Source: Candidatus Eiseniibacteriota bacterium (GTDB lineage Bacteria; Eisenbacteria; RBG-16-71-46; JABDJR01). From it: DNA of 64,000 bases. Positions 25,985 to 35,730 of the stretch are shown piece by piece (the stretch's first letter is position 1; each line of letters opens with the position of its first letter). The stretch spans positions 1,389,670 through 1,453,669 of the forward strand of contig CAWANH010000028.1 of assembly GCA_963783375.1 (NCBI GenBank), in the 5' to 3' direction. The translations under genes were made by a program, and so were the position numbers. The notes beneath the pieces are model-generated. The model was not told where the DNA came from. It did no database searches and worked only from the letters and a program-made list of their open reading frames with translations.

Positions 25985-27364
25985 ATGAGCGAACTCGGAA
26001 CCGCCGCCCGGCCCCTGCGCGTGGCCGTGGTCGGAAGCGGTCCTGCCGGCTTCTACGCCGCCGAAGCCCTGTTCAAGTCGGAGAAGGTCGTGCACGTGGA
26101 CATGTTCGACCGGCTCCCCACCCCTTTCGGGCTGGTGCGCGGAGGCGTGGCCCCCGACCATCAGAAGATCAAGAACGTCATCAAGGTCTACGATCGCATC
26201 GCCGCCGCCGACGGCTTCGCCTTCTTCGGGAACGTCATGGTGGGACGGGACGTGGACGTCGAGACCTTGAAGCGCCACTACGACGCGATCATCTTCTCGA
26301 GCGGCGCCGAGACCGACCGGCGCCTGGGCATTCCCGGCGAGGATCTCCCGGGAAGCCACACCGCCACCGAGTTCGTGGGGTGGTACAACGGGCACCCCGA
26401 CTTCCGGAACCGAGAGTTCGACCTCTCCGCCGAGGTCGCCATGGTGATCGGCCAGGGGAACGTGGCCATGGACGTGAGCCGCATCCTGGCCAAGACGGTG
26501 AAGGAGCTCGAGGACTCCGACATCGCCGGCCACGCCCTGGAGGCCCTCTCGCGGAGCAAGGTGAAGCACGTGCACATGGTCGGGCGGCGCGGCCCCGCCC
26601 AGGCCAAGTTCACCCCGCCCGAGATCAAGGAAATCGGCGAGCTGGCGGACTGCGATCCGGTGGTGGACCCGGCCGACCTGGACCTCGACCCGGCCAGCCG
26701 CGCGGAGCTGGAGCTTCCCGACGCCAAGCTCAACCGGAAGAACGTGGAAACGCTCCAGGAGTACGCCGCCCGCCCCGCTCCCACCAAGAGCCGCCGCTAT
26801 CACATCCGCTTCTTCCTGAGCCCGGTGGAGCTTAGGGGCGACGGTCGGGTGGAAGAGGTGGTGTTCGAGCGGAACGCGCTCAAGGGCGAGCCGGGGAACC
26901 TCTGGGCCGAGGGGACCGGCGAGCGCTTCGCCGAGCCCTGCGGCATCTTCTTCCGGAGCGTGGGGTATCGCGGGGTGGCGATCCCCGGCCTCCCCTTCAA
27001 CGAGCGGAAGGGCATCATCCCGAGCCGCGAGAGCCGGGTGGTCGAGGGAGAGGTGGTGCTTCCCGGGATCTACGTGGCGGGTTGGATCAAGCGGGGCCCC
27101 TCCGGGGTGATCGGGACCAACAAGCCGTGCAGCTACGAGACGGTGGCCTCGCTTCTCGAAGACCTCCCCAGGCTCGAGCCCTGCCCGGTCCCCGACTCCG
27201 ACGCGCTCCGCGGTCTCCTGGAGGCGGGCGGGGCGCATGTGGTGAGCTTCGACGACTGGCGGAAGCTGGACGCGGCCGAGATCGCCCGCGGAAAGGAGCG
27301 GGGGAAACCCCGGGAGAAGTTCGTGACCATCGAGGAGATGCTGGCCCACCTCGCCCAAGGCTGA
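25985..27364 (+). CDS. FprA-like NADPH:ferredoxin/adrenodoxin reductase family flavoprotein
   Basis: [18 protein letters not shown] motif and the second dinucleotide motif [13 protein letters not shown]. About 459 aa, as for mycobacterial FprA. Confidence 0.8.
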   Translation: MSELGTAARPLRVAVVGSGPAGFYAAEALFKSEKVVHVDMFDRLPTPFGLVRGGVAPDHQKIKNVIKVYDRIAAADGFAFFGNVMVGRDVDVETLKRHYDAIIFSSGAETDRRLGIPGEDLPGSHTATEFVGWYNGHPDFRNREFDLSAEVAMVIGQGNVAMDVSRILAKTVKELEDSDIAGHALEALSRSKVKHVHMVGRRGPAQAKFTPPEIKEIGELADCDPVVDPADLDLDPASRAELELPDAKLNRKNVETLQEYAARPAPTKSRRYHIRFFLSPVELRGDGRVEEVVFERNALKGEPGNLWAEGTGERFAEPCGIFFRSVGYRGVAIPGLPFNERKGIIPSRESRVVEGEVVLPGIYVAGWIKRGPSGVIGTNKPCSYETVASLLEDLPRLEPCPVPDSDALRGLLEAGGAHVVSFDDWRKLDAAEIARGKERGKPREKFVTIEEMLAHLAQG

Positions 27365-27425
27365 TCGCCGCGGTCCGGCTCCGACCCCTTCACGCCCTGG
27401 CGATCCCCACGGGCAGGATGTCTCC

Positions 27426-28509
27426 ATGAGCGAACCGGTCTCCATCGAGCTGATCGAACGGGTGCGGGAGGCCGTTTCCCGCCACACCCGGCGGACGCGT
27501 GGAGAGAGGTTGCTATCATCCCGCATGTCGAACCAAGCGCCGACGCTCCCACCTCGCCTGGTGAGAAGGTGCGGCCGACCGTCGACGCGGCGCCCGGCGC
27601 ACCCCGCTCCTGCACAGTGAATGGCTCTCGGCGCTGGTCGGCGGGGAAGTTCGCCTGAAGTGCGAGAACCTCCAGGTGACGGGGTCCTTCAAGATCCGGG
27701 GCGCGATCGCGGCCCTGGCCGGGATGTCGCCGGAGGAACGCGCGCGGGGGGTGGTGGCCGCATCCGCCGGAAACCACGGCCTGGGGCTGGCCCGCGCGGC
27801 CTCGATCTTCGGCGTCCCCCTGACGGTGGTGGTCCCCCGCGGCGCCCCCCGGGTGAAGGCGGAGGGGATCGCCGATCTCGGCGCCCGCGTGCTCCGATCC
27901 CCTCACGACGGCTACGACGCGACCCATGCCTGGACCCTGGAACGCCTGGAGGAGTGGGGGGGCCGGTTCGTGTCGGCCTTCGAGGACCCGCCGATCATGG
28001 CCGGAAACGGCGGCACCACGTTCCTGGAGGTGCTGGAGGAGTTTCCCGACCCGGACGTGGTGATCGCTCCCTGCGGGGGGGGCGGGCTCTCGATCGGGAT
28101 GGGGGTCGCGGCGCGCGCGCGAAGTCCCCGCACCCGGATCGTGGGGGTGAACACCGACGCCTCGCCGGGGATGTGGCTCTCCCGCCGGGACGGCCGCGCC
28201 TACCTGGAGGTCGAGAGCCGGCCGACCATCGCCGAGGGCCTGGAGGGCGGGGTGGGGGAGCGGAGCTTCGCTCTGGGCCGGACCTACATCGACGACGTGA
28301 TCCAGGTCCCCGAGGCCACGATTCGTCGCGCGGTGGTGGACGTCCTCCGTCACGAGCACGTGCTGGTGGAGGGCTCCGGCGCGGCCGGGGTCGCGGCGAT
28401 CCTGGACGGCGCGGTGGATCTGGCCGGCCGGCGGGCGGTGGTGATCCTGAGCGGTGGGAACATCGATCCGCCGCTTCTCACGCAACTCCTCGCCGAGGCC
28501 TCGGAGTAG
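27426..28509 (+). pseudogene. threonine/serine dehydratase-like PLP enzyme interrupted by a ~106-nt out-of-frame insertion
   Basis: N-terminal exon-like ORF MSEPVSIELIERVREAVSRHTRRT reads in frame 0. The rest, TPLLHSEWLSALVGGEVRLKCENLQVTGSFKIRGA... (PLP-Lys motif SFKIRGA), reads in frame +1 and contains no ATG; its first start-type codon is the GTG at 27676, inside the conserved core. Joining RHTRRT to PLLHSEW would restore a canonical N-terminus. The ~106-nt insert (27498-27603) is flanked by imperfect direct repeats (CCCGGCGgAC / CCCGGCGcAC). Confidence 0.65.
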
Positions 28510-28584
28510 CGGGCGCGGACGCCGCGGACCGGCGTTCCACCGGGGGGTCCGCTGGGACGTCCCCGCCCGCCATGAACCCTGCCC

Positions 28585-28625
28585 CCATGAAGAAGCGGGC
28601 CGCGGGATGAACCCGCGGCCCGCCG
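28585..28625. terminator. bidirectional hairpin terminator between convergent genes
   Basis: Perfect 12-bp GC stem GCGGGCCGCGGG-atgaa-CCCGCGGCCCGC, followed by cgttcgttcaa. Confidence 0.5.
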
Positions 28626-28677
28626 TTCGTTCAACGCATCCGGTCCGGGCACGCTCCGGCGTCCCCGGCCCCGGAGT

Positions 28678-31239
28678 CTATTGGGTGAGCACCAGCTTCT
28701 GCACCGTGGTCTCCGAGCCGGCCTCGAGCCGGACCACGTAGAAGCCCGCGGCGGCCCGGCCGCCGGAGTCCAGACGACCGTTCCAGGTCGCGGTATGCGA
28801 TCCCGCGCCCTGGATCTCGTCCACCAGCGTCGCCACCTTCCGGCCCTGGGCGTCGAAGATCGAGAGACGCACCGGGCTCGCCCCGGGGAGGCCGTAGGCG
28901 ATGGAGGTGGAGAAGGTGAACGGGTTCGGCCGGCCCGGCGCCATGGTGAGCGCGCCCGGAACGGCCGAGGCCGCCTGGAGGGTGAGGGGGCCGTGCCACT
29001 CGATGCCGCCGGCGCGGCTGATCTCGGCCAGCCAGTAATCCACCCGGGCGGTGGGCGCGGAGGCGTCCACGAACTCGTAGTGGGTCTGCCCGGAGAGGAG
29101 GCCGGTGGAGATCATCTCCCGAGCGGCTCCGGGAAGCTGGCGGTAGACCTGGAACCCGGCATGGTCGACGGCTTCCGCCACCTCCCAGCTCAGCACCGCG
29201 CCGCGCGCGTCGCGCTGGACGGAGAACGCGGAGAGCTTGACCGGAACCGGGCACTCCACGGTGATCACCGCGGCGCAGGTATCCGAGCGCCCGCAGGCGT
29301 CGGTGGCGATCAGGAGCACGTTCGTGTTCCCGAGGGCGTAGGGCCCGGGGGGAATGAGGCTGAGGGTGAACGGGTCGCCGTCGGGATCGTAGCTCCCGTC
29401 ATCCACGTCGGACGCGGTCACGTAGCGGGCGATGCAGGAGACGGTGGAGTCCCCCATCACCACCACGTTCTTGCACAGGGCCACCGGCGGCGCGTTCAAC
29501 TGGAACGCGCCCCAGCGGGTTCCCCACCGGCCGTATTCCCGCAGGGTGTCGGGAGGAGACGTGGTGATGCAGGCGGTGGGAGTGCCGCGGTTCAGGGCGT
29601 ACTCGTTGAACACCCAGAACGTGCTCTGGTCGGCGGGATCCAGGGAGATGCCGCTGTAGTCCCCCCAACGGTTCCGCGACCCGCAGAAGGTCCGCCGGTA
29701 GCAGTCGGCGCCGGCGGCCAGGATTCCGCTGGACTGGACGGTGCCGGCGGCGTCGGTGACCCGGCGGCCGGTGTAGTAGGCGCCGGGGTGGATGGTCTGG
29801 TTCGATGCGGCGAACCCGAAGGCGAGGTTCCCGCACACGTCCACGTCCACCGACGGGAAGAAGGTCATCATGCCGGCGTCGATGTCCTCACCCCCGATGC
29901 TCCCCTGGTCGCTCAAGGCGATCGCCGCCAGGACCTGGGTGTTCATGTTCCACCAGTGCGCGGTGGCCTGGGCGGCGTCCACGCCCGCCGCGGGGCGGAT
30001 GATGCTGGCCGCGTAGAGGTGGTTGTTCCTCCACACCACCGAGTAGGCCCGGCGGTCCCCGGTGTCCACCGGTGCGCTGGGGGGGAGCTCCTTGGGGTGG
30101 ACGAGGCTGCAGCCCATCTGAGGGGCATCCGGCACGCCGATCCGGGCGTCCTCGATGTTCCCCACGAACACGAACTGCTGGCTGAAGCTCGGAGCGCCGA
30201 GGGGATTGTCCACCCGGGTGACGCTCACCGCCTCCTGGCCGGCGCCGGACCCGAGACCGAAGTCCTGGGACCAGCCCGCGCTCACCAGGAAGATGCCGTT
30301 TCCGGCCGGGTTGGGGCCGTACATGCGGCTGGGCATCTGGGTGAACTCGCCGGCGATGACCGACGGGTCGTAAACGTTCACCGAGGCCGCTCCGCCGGCG
30401 TAGAGGGGGTTCTTGTCGATGATCCAGAGGCGGGTGTCGGCGAAGTACCCCCGGTTCAATCCGCCCGGATCCTCCGAGGCGAAGTTGAACATGTTGGCGG
30501 TGATGTAGATGGCCTCGTCGTCCACCGCCAGGCCCGGATAGTCCGCCCAGTGGAGGAGGGGGACGCCGAAGGCGGTGCTGGTGATGGTCACCGCGCTGTT
30601 GACGGAGGTGTAGTACCACGTTCCGTTGGGGTCGCTGTCGTCGGAGACCGCCACCAGGATGTGCGAGGTGTTCGCGGCCGCCCCGAACGCGGTCTCGGTC
30701 TGGTCCAGGGCGATCGCCACGAAGCGGCCGCTGTACTGGTCGTAGATCACCTTGGGATCGAAGCAGGCGGTGAGGGGGCTCACCGGGGCGAAGAAGCTCG
30801 CCAGGTCGGTCCGGAACTGCTCGGTCCCGCCCTTGTCGAACGCCTGGATGATCGTGTTGACGATGTTGACCACGTGGCCCGGCCCCGCGGCTCCGTTCGG
30901 ATCCGGGGGGATGAAGATGTAGCCGTTGAGCGGAATACTGGAGTCGAAGTTCACCCCCTCGATGGTGGTGAGGAGCGAGGGGGCGCCGGCCGGCGGCGCG
31001 GGAGGGGCGAGGTTGGGGATCTGGACCTCAACCGCCCCCACCTCGGACTGGGCCGGGGGCGACGCGGCGAAGGCCTCCGGGTCGATCGAGGGGACGGGGG
31101 TCACCGAGGGCGCGGGATCGAGGGCGAAGGCCGGGGCCGCCGTGACGACCGCGAATACGAGGACCGCGAGGAGCCCGATCGCGACACGCGGTCGTGGGCC
31201 GGATCTGTGAGAGATTGGCAAGGCTAACCGGATCGACAT
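28678..31239 (-). CDS. large secreted protein with a T9SS/FlgD-Ig-type C-terminal sorting domain
   Basis: N-terminal signal peptide. Internal Cys-rich Ig/HYR-like module. C-terminus PNPFTFSTSIAYGLPGASPVRLSIFDAQGRKVATLVDEIQGAGSHTATWNGRLDSGGRAAAGFYVVRLEAG matches the T9SS type-A/FlgD-Ig sorting domain pattern. Confidence 0.75.
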   Translation of the reverse strand: MSIRLALPISHRSGPRPRVAIGLLAVLVFAVVTAAPAFALDPAPSVTPVPSIDPEAFAASPPAQSEVGAVEVQIPNLAPPAPPAGAPSLLTTIEGVNFDSSIPLNGYIFIPPDPNGAAGPGHVVNIVNTIIQAFDKGGTEQFRTDLASFFAPVSPLTACFDPKVIYDQYSGRFVAIALDQTETAFGAAANTSHILVAVSDDSDPNGTWYYTSVNSAVTITSTAFGVPLLHWADYPGLAVDDEAIYITANMFNFASEDPGGLNRGYFADTRLWIIDKNPLYAGGAASVNVYDPSVIAGEFTQMPSRMYGPNPAGNGIFLVSAGWSQDFGLGSGAGQEAVSVTRVDNPLGAPSFSQQFVFVGNIEDARIGVPDAPQMGCSLVHPKELPPSAPVDTGDRRAYSVVWRNNHLYAASIIRPAAGVDAAQATAHWWNMNTQVLAAIALSDQGSIGGEDIDAGMMTFFPSVDVDVCGNLAFGFAASNQTIHPGAYYTGRRVTDAAGTVQSSGILAAGADCYRRTFCGSRNRWGDYSGISLDPADQSTFWVFNEYALNRGTPTACITTSPPDTLREYGRWGTRWGAFQLNAPPVALCKNVVVMGDSTVSCIARYVTASDVDDGSYDPDGDPFTLSLIPPGPYALGNTNVLLIATDACGRSDTCAAVITVECPVPVKLSAFSVQRDARGAVLSWEVAEAVDHAGFQVYRQLPGAAREMISTGLLSGQTHYEFVDASAPTARVDYWLAEISRAGGIEWHGPLTLQAASAVPGALTMAPGRPNPFTFSTSIAYGLPGASPVRLSIFDAQGRKVATLVDEIQGAGSHTATWNGRLDSGGRAAAGFYVVRLEAGSETTVQKLVLTQ

Positions 31240-31478
31240 GGTGTCTCTCCTTCCCGATGTGCGAACGATGGATGGATGTGCGGGCCGCCGGGGCCGGGGA
31301 CGTGGCGCCGACGCTAGGAACAGATACGAAGATGTTCATACCATGGATCGCGCCTGCATAATATTACATTTTTGTAATGCATTGAAAAAACAACGGTTAC
31401 GCAAGCCGGTCCGCCTGCGGGCGAGGTCGTCTTTGGAAGACCGCCTGAAAGATTTCCGACACTTCGCAACTCTTGTCC

Positions 31479-31512
31479 TTGACCTTGCGTATGTATCAAT
31501 ATGATATCATAT
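31479..31512 (+). promoter_or_regulatory. sigma70-like promoter with an overlapping perfect 14-bp palindrome operator
   Basis: -35 TTGACC (31479-84), then a 17-nt spacer and -10 TGATAT. The perfect palindrome ATATGATATCATAT (31499-31512) overlaps the -10 and is flanked by GTATCA direct repeats. Lies in an AT-rich island upstream of the SPFH gene. Confidence 0.4.
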
Positions 31513-31567
31513 CGGTATCAAGCATCGGCGGTGCGTCTCCGCGACCGCCGTACATGGGAGGTGTGAG

Positions 31568-32434
31568 ATGGTTCGTGAACGTGAGGTCAAGTACAGCTCG
31601 GGTTACTTCGCGATCCTGGTGGGGTTCGCGCTCGGCGCCCTCGCCGTGACGATGTTCATCCACTCCATCAACCGGAGCGTACCCGAGCTCTTCGGCTCGT
31701 TCGGGGTGCTCTTGGTGGCGATCCTGGTGTTCGTGGGGCTCTTCCTGGTGAACCCGAACGAGGCCAAGGTGCTCCAGCTCTTCGGCAAGTACGTGGGGAC
31801 GGCCCGGCAACCGGGGCTTCGCTGGGCCAACCCGTTCTTCTCCAAGACCAAGATCTCCGCCCGGGTCCGGAACTTCGAGACCGGCAAGCTCAAGGTGAAC
31901 GACAACACCGGAAACCCCATCGAGATCGCCTCGGTGGTGGTATGGCGGGTGGTGGACACCGCGGAAGCCATGTTCAACGTGAACGACTTCGAGGACTTCG
32001 TGCACGTCCAGAGCGAGGCGGCGCTTCGGAACCTGGCCACCGGTTACGCCTACGTCTCCCACGAGGAGGAGAGCCAGTCGCTGAGCGGCCACACCGCCGA
32101 GGTCTCGGAAAAGCTCAAGGTGGAGATTCAGGACCGGCTGGCCCAGGCGGGGGTCGAGGTCCTCGAGGCGCGGATCAGCCACCTGGCCTACGCCCAGGAG
32201 ATCGCCGCGGCCATGCTCCAGCGCCAGCAGGCCAGCGCGGTGGTGGCCGCCCGCCAGAAGATCGTCGAGGGCGCGGTGGGGATGGTGGAGACCGCCCTGG
32301 AGATGCTCTCCGAGAAGAAGGTCATCCACCTGGACGAGGAACGGAAGGCAACCATGGTCAGTAACCTCCTGGTCGTCCTGTGCAGCGACCGGCACACCCA
32401 ACCCGTGATCAACACCGGCAGCCTCTACCAGTAG
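31568..32434 (+). CDS. SPFH/band-7 (stomatin/prohibitin-like) domain membrane protein
   Basis: N-terminal TM helices followed by an SPFH domain. RBS GGGAGG upstream of the start. Confidence 0.85.
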   Translation: MVREREVKYSSGYFAILVGFALGALAVTMFIHSINRSVPELFGSFGVLLVAILVFVGLFLVNPNEAKVLQLFGKYVGTARQPGLRWANPFFSKTKISARVRNFETGKLKVNDNTGNPIEIASVVVWRVVDTAEAMFNVNDFEDFVHVQSEAALRNLATGYAYVSHEEESQSLSGHTAEVSEKLKVEIQDRLAQAGVEVLEARISHLAYAQEIAAAMLQRQQASAVVAARQKIVEGAVGMVETALEMLSEKKVIHLDEERKATMVSNLLVVLCSDRHTQPVINTGSLYQ

Positions 32435-32440
32435 GGCGTG

Positions 32441-32629
32441 ATGGCCGAGCGCAAGTCCTTTCCCCTCCGGGTGAGCCCGGAGATCTATGAGGCGCTCCGG
32501 GTGTGGGCGAACGACGAGCTGCGCAGCGTGAACGCGCAGATCGAGTTTCTCCTCACCCGGGCGATTCGGGACGCCGGGCGGATGCCGGGACGGCGGGGGC
32601 CCCGGTCGGGGGATGCGCGGAAGGAGTGA
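32441..32629 (+). CDS. Arc/MetJ-type ribbon-helix-helix DNA-binding protein
   Basis: SFPLRVSPEIYEALRVWANDELRSVNAQIEFLLTRAI fits the Arc RHH fold (beta strand plus two helices). Starts 7 nt after the SPFH stop. Confidence 0.6.
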   Translation: MAERKSFPLRVSPEIYEALRVWANDELRSVNAQIEFLLTRAIRDAGRMPGRRGPRSGDARKE

Positions 32630-32790
32630 GGAGGGACGGCGGCACGCCGCTGCCCTGGGGGGGTGGCGGCGGGGTGCGCCGGGACCCGGCGGACACGCGA
32701 AACGAGGCGCCTCGGTGGCGCCTCGTCTCGGAGCACGGATCGGATCACCAGCTCGCGCGCTGGAGTCGTCGTTCGATGTCCTTCAGGTTC

Positions 32791-33465
32791 TCAATGCTTG
32801 AAGCGGCGCCGGCTTCCCCACGCGGCAAGGAGTCCTCCCCCCAGGAGGAGCAGGGTCGAGGGTTCCGGGACCTCGGGGACGGAGCTCTCGTTGGGCCGCT
32901 GGGCCACGAGGAAAGGCTGGTTGAAGCCGCCGTTGTCGCGGAGCCCGTAGCTCAGCACGTTCGTGCCGCCGTCTCCGGCCACGTACCCGCCGTAGAAGTC
33001 CAGGAAGTCCCGCTGGTCGGTGAGCTCGTCCGCCAGGCAGCTCTGAAACGCCGTCGAGGTGCGGGGGATGTTGAACGCCTGGGCGAAACTCAAGCCGTCC
33101 TGGTCGTTGGAGGTGGTGAACCCCGACGGGACCCAGGCCGGCTGGGGGCTGGGGTCGTAGCGGTCGAAGTAGTCGCCCATAGGATCCAGCAGTTCGTTGG
33201 CGAAGCGGCCCCAGCCGACTCCGGTGAGATTGGTCAGGTGCTTGTTGAGGGTGTAGTCCACGCCGGCGGCAAGGCCTGTGAACTCGAGGAAGCCGTAGCC
33301 CTGGGCCCCCCAGGTTTCGTAGACGTCGATGGTGTTGCCGCTCACCGAGTACGTCATGCTGGTGATGCCGACGTTGCTCGAATAGAGCGTCACGGTCACG
33401 GCCTGGGCGGGAACCGCCCCCAGAATTACCAGGGCGGCGCCCAAGACCAGAATCCTGGTTCGCAT
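32791..33465 (-). CDS. PEP-CTERM sorting domain-containing secreted protein
   Basis: Signal peptide MRTRILVLGAALVILGAVPAQA. C-terminal VPEPSTLLLLGGGLLAAWGSRRRFKH equals the PEP motif plus a TM helix plus a basic tail. RBS AAGGAG 9 nt upstream of the ATG at 33465. Confidence 0.75.
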   Translation of the reverse strand: MRTRILVLGAALVILGAVPAQAVTVTLYSSNVGITSMTYSVSGNTIDVYETWGAQGYGFLEFTGLAAGVDYTLNKHLTNLTGVGWGRFANELLDPMGDYFDRYDPSPQPAWVPSGFTTSNDQDGLSFAQAFNIPRTSTAFQSCLADELTDQRDFLDFYGGYVAGDGGTNVLSYGLRDNGGFNQPFLVAQRPNESSVPEVPEPSTLLLLGGGLLAAWGSRRRFKH

Positions 33466-34313
33466 GACGATCATCTCCTTGCGCGAGGATGGGTAATCCG
33501 CCCTGACAGCGCACGTGCCCGCTGGCTGATATTGCAATCCGCGGGCCATCGGAGCAGAAAAGGTGCAGCTCTAACCCGATTCTGAACAACCGCTTAGGAA
33601 TTGGTAGTAAATCAATCACTACAGTCTCCCTGAAAGTTGTAATCAATCTCGACAATGCGGGTCGATCAGGGCAAGTTCTTGAGCCAGCTAAATACTTAAC
33701 GCTATGATTGTATGCGTGTTACTGGTGTTCTGGGTTCAGCATCGTTCCCATCTAAATTCGTAAACTTTGGAGACGGCTCGAATCCCCTAGGTAACCCGTG
33801 TTGCCGATGTGGGTTGTGGGCTCCCTGGTCCGGGGTAGGGTCCGGGGCCCCAGAGGGGAAGCACCCTAGGCTGCGGGTTGACCCCAGTGACCGCTTCCCC
33901 CTCCCGTAAGCACAGCAGATCCGCCCAGAGTGAGGACGCCCCGCGGCCGCGGTTTGGCGCGGCGAAGGGCGACTCACCTACCTCGACATACCGATGCTCG
34001 CCTCTCCGGTTTCCCGGCGTGAACGCTCCCTCTTCATCCAGCATGGAGGTTGCGATCGTGCTTTCGCCCCGGACTCGACTTCGGCCGGCCGGTTTTCGAT
34101 GACTCGAGGTAGACCAGACTCTCCCGGGACCGTGCACGATCAGGCACGCATTCAGGACCATGCAACTCACCTTTCAAGGCGCCGTTTGTTACGAAGCTTT
34201 CGAGCGGACCGGGTAAAATAGCGGGGTAGACCGGGGTCGCGCGGGGGGCTTGTGTCGCCTGAGGCACCCGCAGGGTAGAAGGGATCGCGCTTCGGCGCGC
34301 ACAGGGAGGATGC

Positions 34314-35513
34314 ATGAAGTCGAACAACCTGGGATTTACTTCCAAGCTCGTTCACGCGGGAACCGAAAAGGACCCGATGGGAAGCGTGGTCACGCCGATC
34401 TACCAGACGTCCACCTTCGCGTTCGAGAACACGCAGCAGGGAGCGGATCGATTTGCGGGCCGGGATGACGGTTTCATCTACACCCGGATCGGAAACCCCA
34501 CCATCCGCGCTCTCGAGGACTGCGTGGCCGCGCTGGAGGAGGGGGTCGGGGGAGTGGCCACCAGTTCGGGGATGGGGGCGGTGAACACCGTGTGCATGGC
34601 CCTTCTCGAGACCGGCTCCCACGTGGTCAGCACCGCCTCGGTCTACGGTCCCTCGCGGACGTTGATGGAGAAGCATCTGCGGAAGTTCGGAATCTCGGCC
34701 ACGTTCGTGGATACCTCGGATCTTCAGGCCGTCCGCGACTCCCTCCGGCCGGAGACCCGCCTGGTGTACGTGGAGACGCCGTCCAACCCGATGATGCAGG
34801 TCACGGACATCGAGGCGATGGCCGCGCTCGCCCACGAGCACGGCGCGCTCCTGGCCGTGGACAGCACCTTCGCCTCGCCCTACCTCCAGAAGCCGTTGCT
34901 CCTGGGCGCGGACGTCGTCCTGCATTCGGTGACCAAGTTCATCAACGGGCACGCCGATGTGGTGGGGGGGATCCTGGTGGCTCGTGACGAAGCCGTGCTC
35001 CGGCAGCTGCGGAACGTGATGGTGCTCACCGGGTGCAACATGGACCCGCACCAGGCGTACCTCGTCCACCGCGGAATCAAGACGCTGTCGCTGAGGATCG
35101 AGCGGTCCCAGGCCAACGCGGGGACGATCGCCCGGTGGCTCGAATCCCGCCCGGAGATCTCCTGGGTCCGCTACGGCGGCCTTCCCTCGCATCCCCAGTA
35201 CGATCTGGGCCGGCGGCAGATGAAGGGCCCGGGCTCGATGATCAGCTTCGAATTGAAAGGCGGGCTGGAGGCCGGTATCCAGCTCATGAACAACGTGCAT
35301 CTGGCCGCCCTGGCCGTCTCCCTGGGCGGGGTGGAGAGCCTGATCGAGCATCCGGCGTCCATGACCCACGCCGGCGTTCCCCGGGCCGACCGGGTGGAAG
35401 CCGGGATCACCGACGGCCTGGTGCGCTACTCGGTGGGCATCGAGGAACCCGTCGATCTCATCGCGGACCTCGAGCAGGCCCTGGAAGCCGTGCTCGAGCC
35501 CGCGGAGACCTAG
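34314..35513 (+). CDS. Cys/Met-metabolism PLP-dependent enzyme (methionine gamma-lyase / cystathionine gamma-synthase family)
   Basis: VHAGTEKDPMGSVVTPIYQTSTFAF and the PLP-Lys region SVTKFINGHADVVGG. RBS AGGGAGGA upstream of the start. Confidence 0.85.
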   Translation: MKSNNLGFTSKLVHAGTEKDPMGSVVTPIYQTSTFAFENTQQGADRFAGRDDGFIYTRIGNPTIRALEDCVAALEEGVGGVATSSGMGAVNTVCMALLETGSHVVSTASVYGPSRTLMEKHLRKFGISATFVDTSDLQAVRDSLRPETRLVYVETPSNPMMQVTDIEAMAALAHEHGALLAVDSTFASPYLQKPLLLGADVVLHSVTKFINGHADVVGGILVARDEAVLRQLRNVMVLTGCNMDPHQAYLVHRGIKTLSLRIERSQANAGTIARWLESRPEISWVRYGGLPSHPQYDLGRRQMKGPGSMISFELKGGLEAGIQLMNNVHLAALAVSLGGVESLIEHPASMTHAGVPRADRVEAGITDGLVRYSVGIEEPVDLIADLEQALEAVLEPAET

Positions 35514-35730
35514 ACGAGGGTCCGGACGGCGCTCTTGGGAACCCGCCGGATGGCGGAGGGGGACGCCGCCGGCGCAGCGAAGACCGCCTTCACCCCTGGC
35601 GCCCGGCCACGCGGTTCGTGGTCGGGCAGACGTGCCGATGCAGGGACCGCTCATCCGGGCCGCCGGATGGCGCCACCTCGCCGCGCACGGTCACCAACCA
35701 GAATCGAGCCCGTAGCTTGGAAACCCCCAG

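Noticed and set aside
27621-28610. 329-aa ORF in an alternative frame over the threonine dehydratase gene
   Set aside because: Arg/Gly/Pro-rich low-complexity translation. Frame +1 gives the conserved PLP enzyme.
28681-31227. 848-aa plus-strand ORF antisense to the T9SS-domain secreted protein
   Set aside because: Arg/Gly-rich shadow frame. The minus frame has a signal peptide and a conserved C-terminal sorting domain.
33740-33800. GGAUUCGAG / CGGCUCGAAUCCCC motifs suggesting a tmRNA 5' end or a tRNA T-arm
   Set aside because: No complementary acceptor 3' strand and no UUCGAAU-loop stem pairing. The tag-ORF or CCA-end partner could not be found. Left to an Infernal scan.
34080-34313. Possible SAM riboswitch in the leader of the Met/Cys gamma-PLP gene
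   Set aside because: None of the SAM-I, SAM-II or SAM-IV consensus elements could be matched by eye. Only a short GC hairpin before the RBS is supported.
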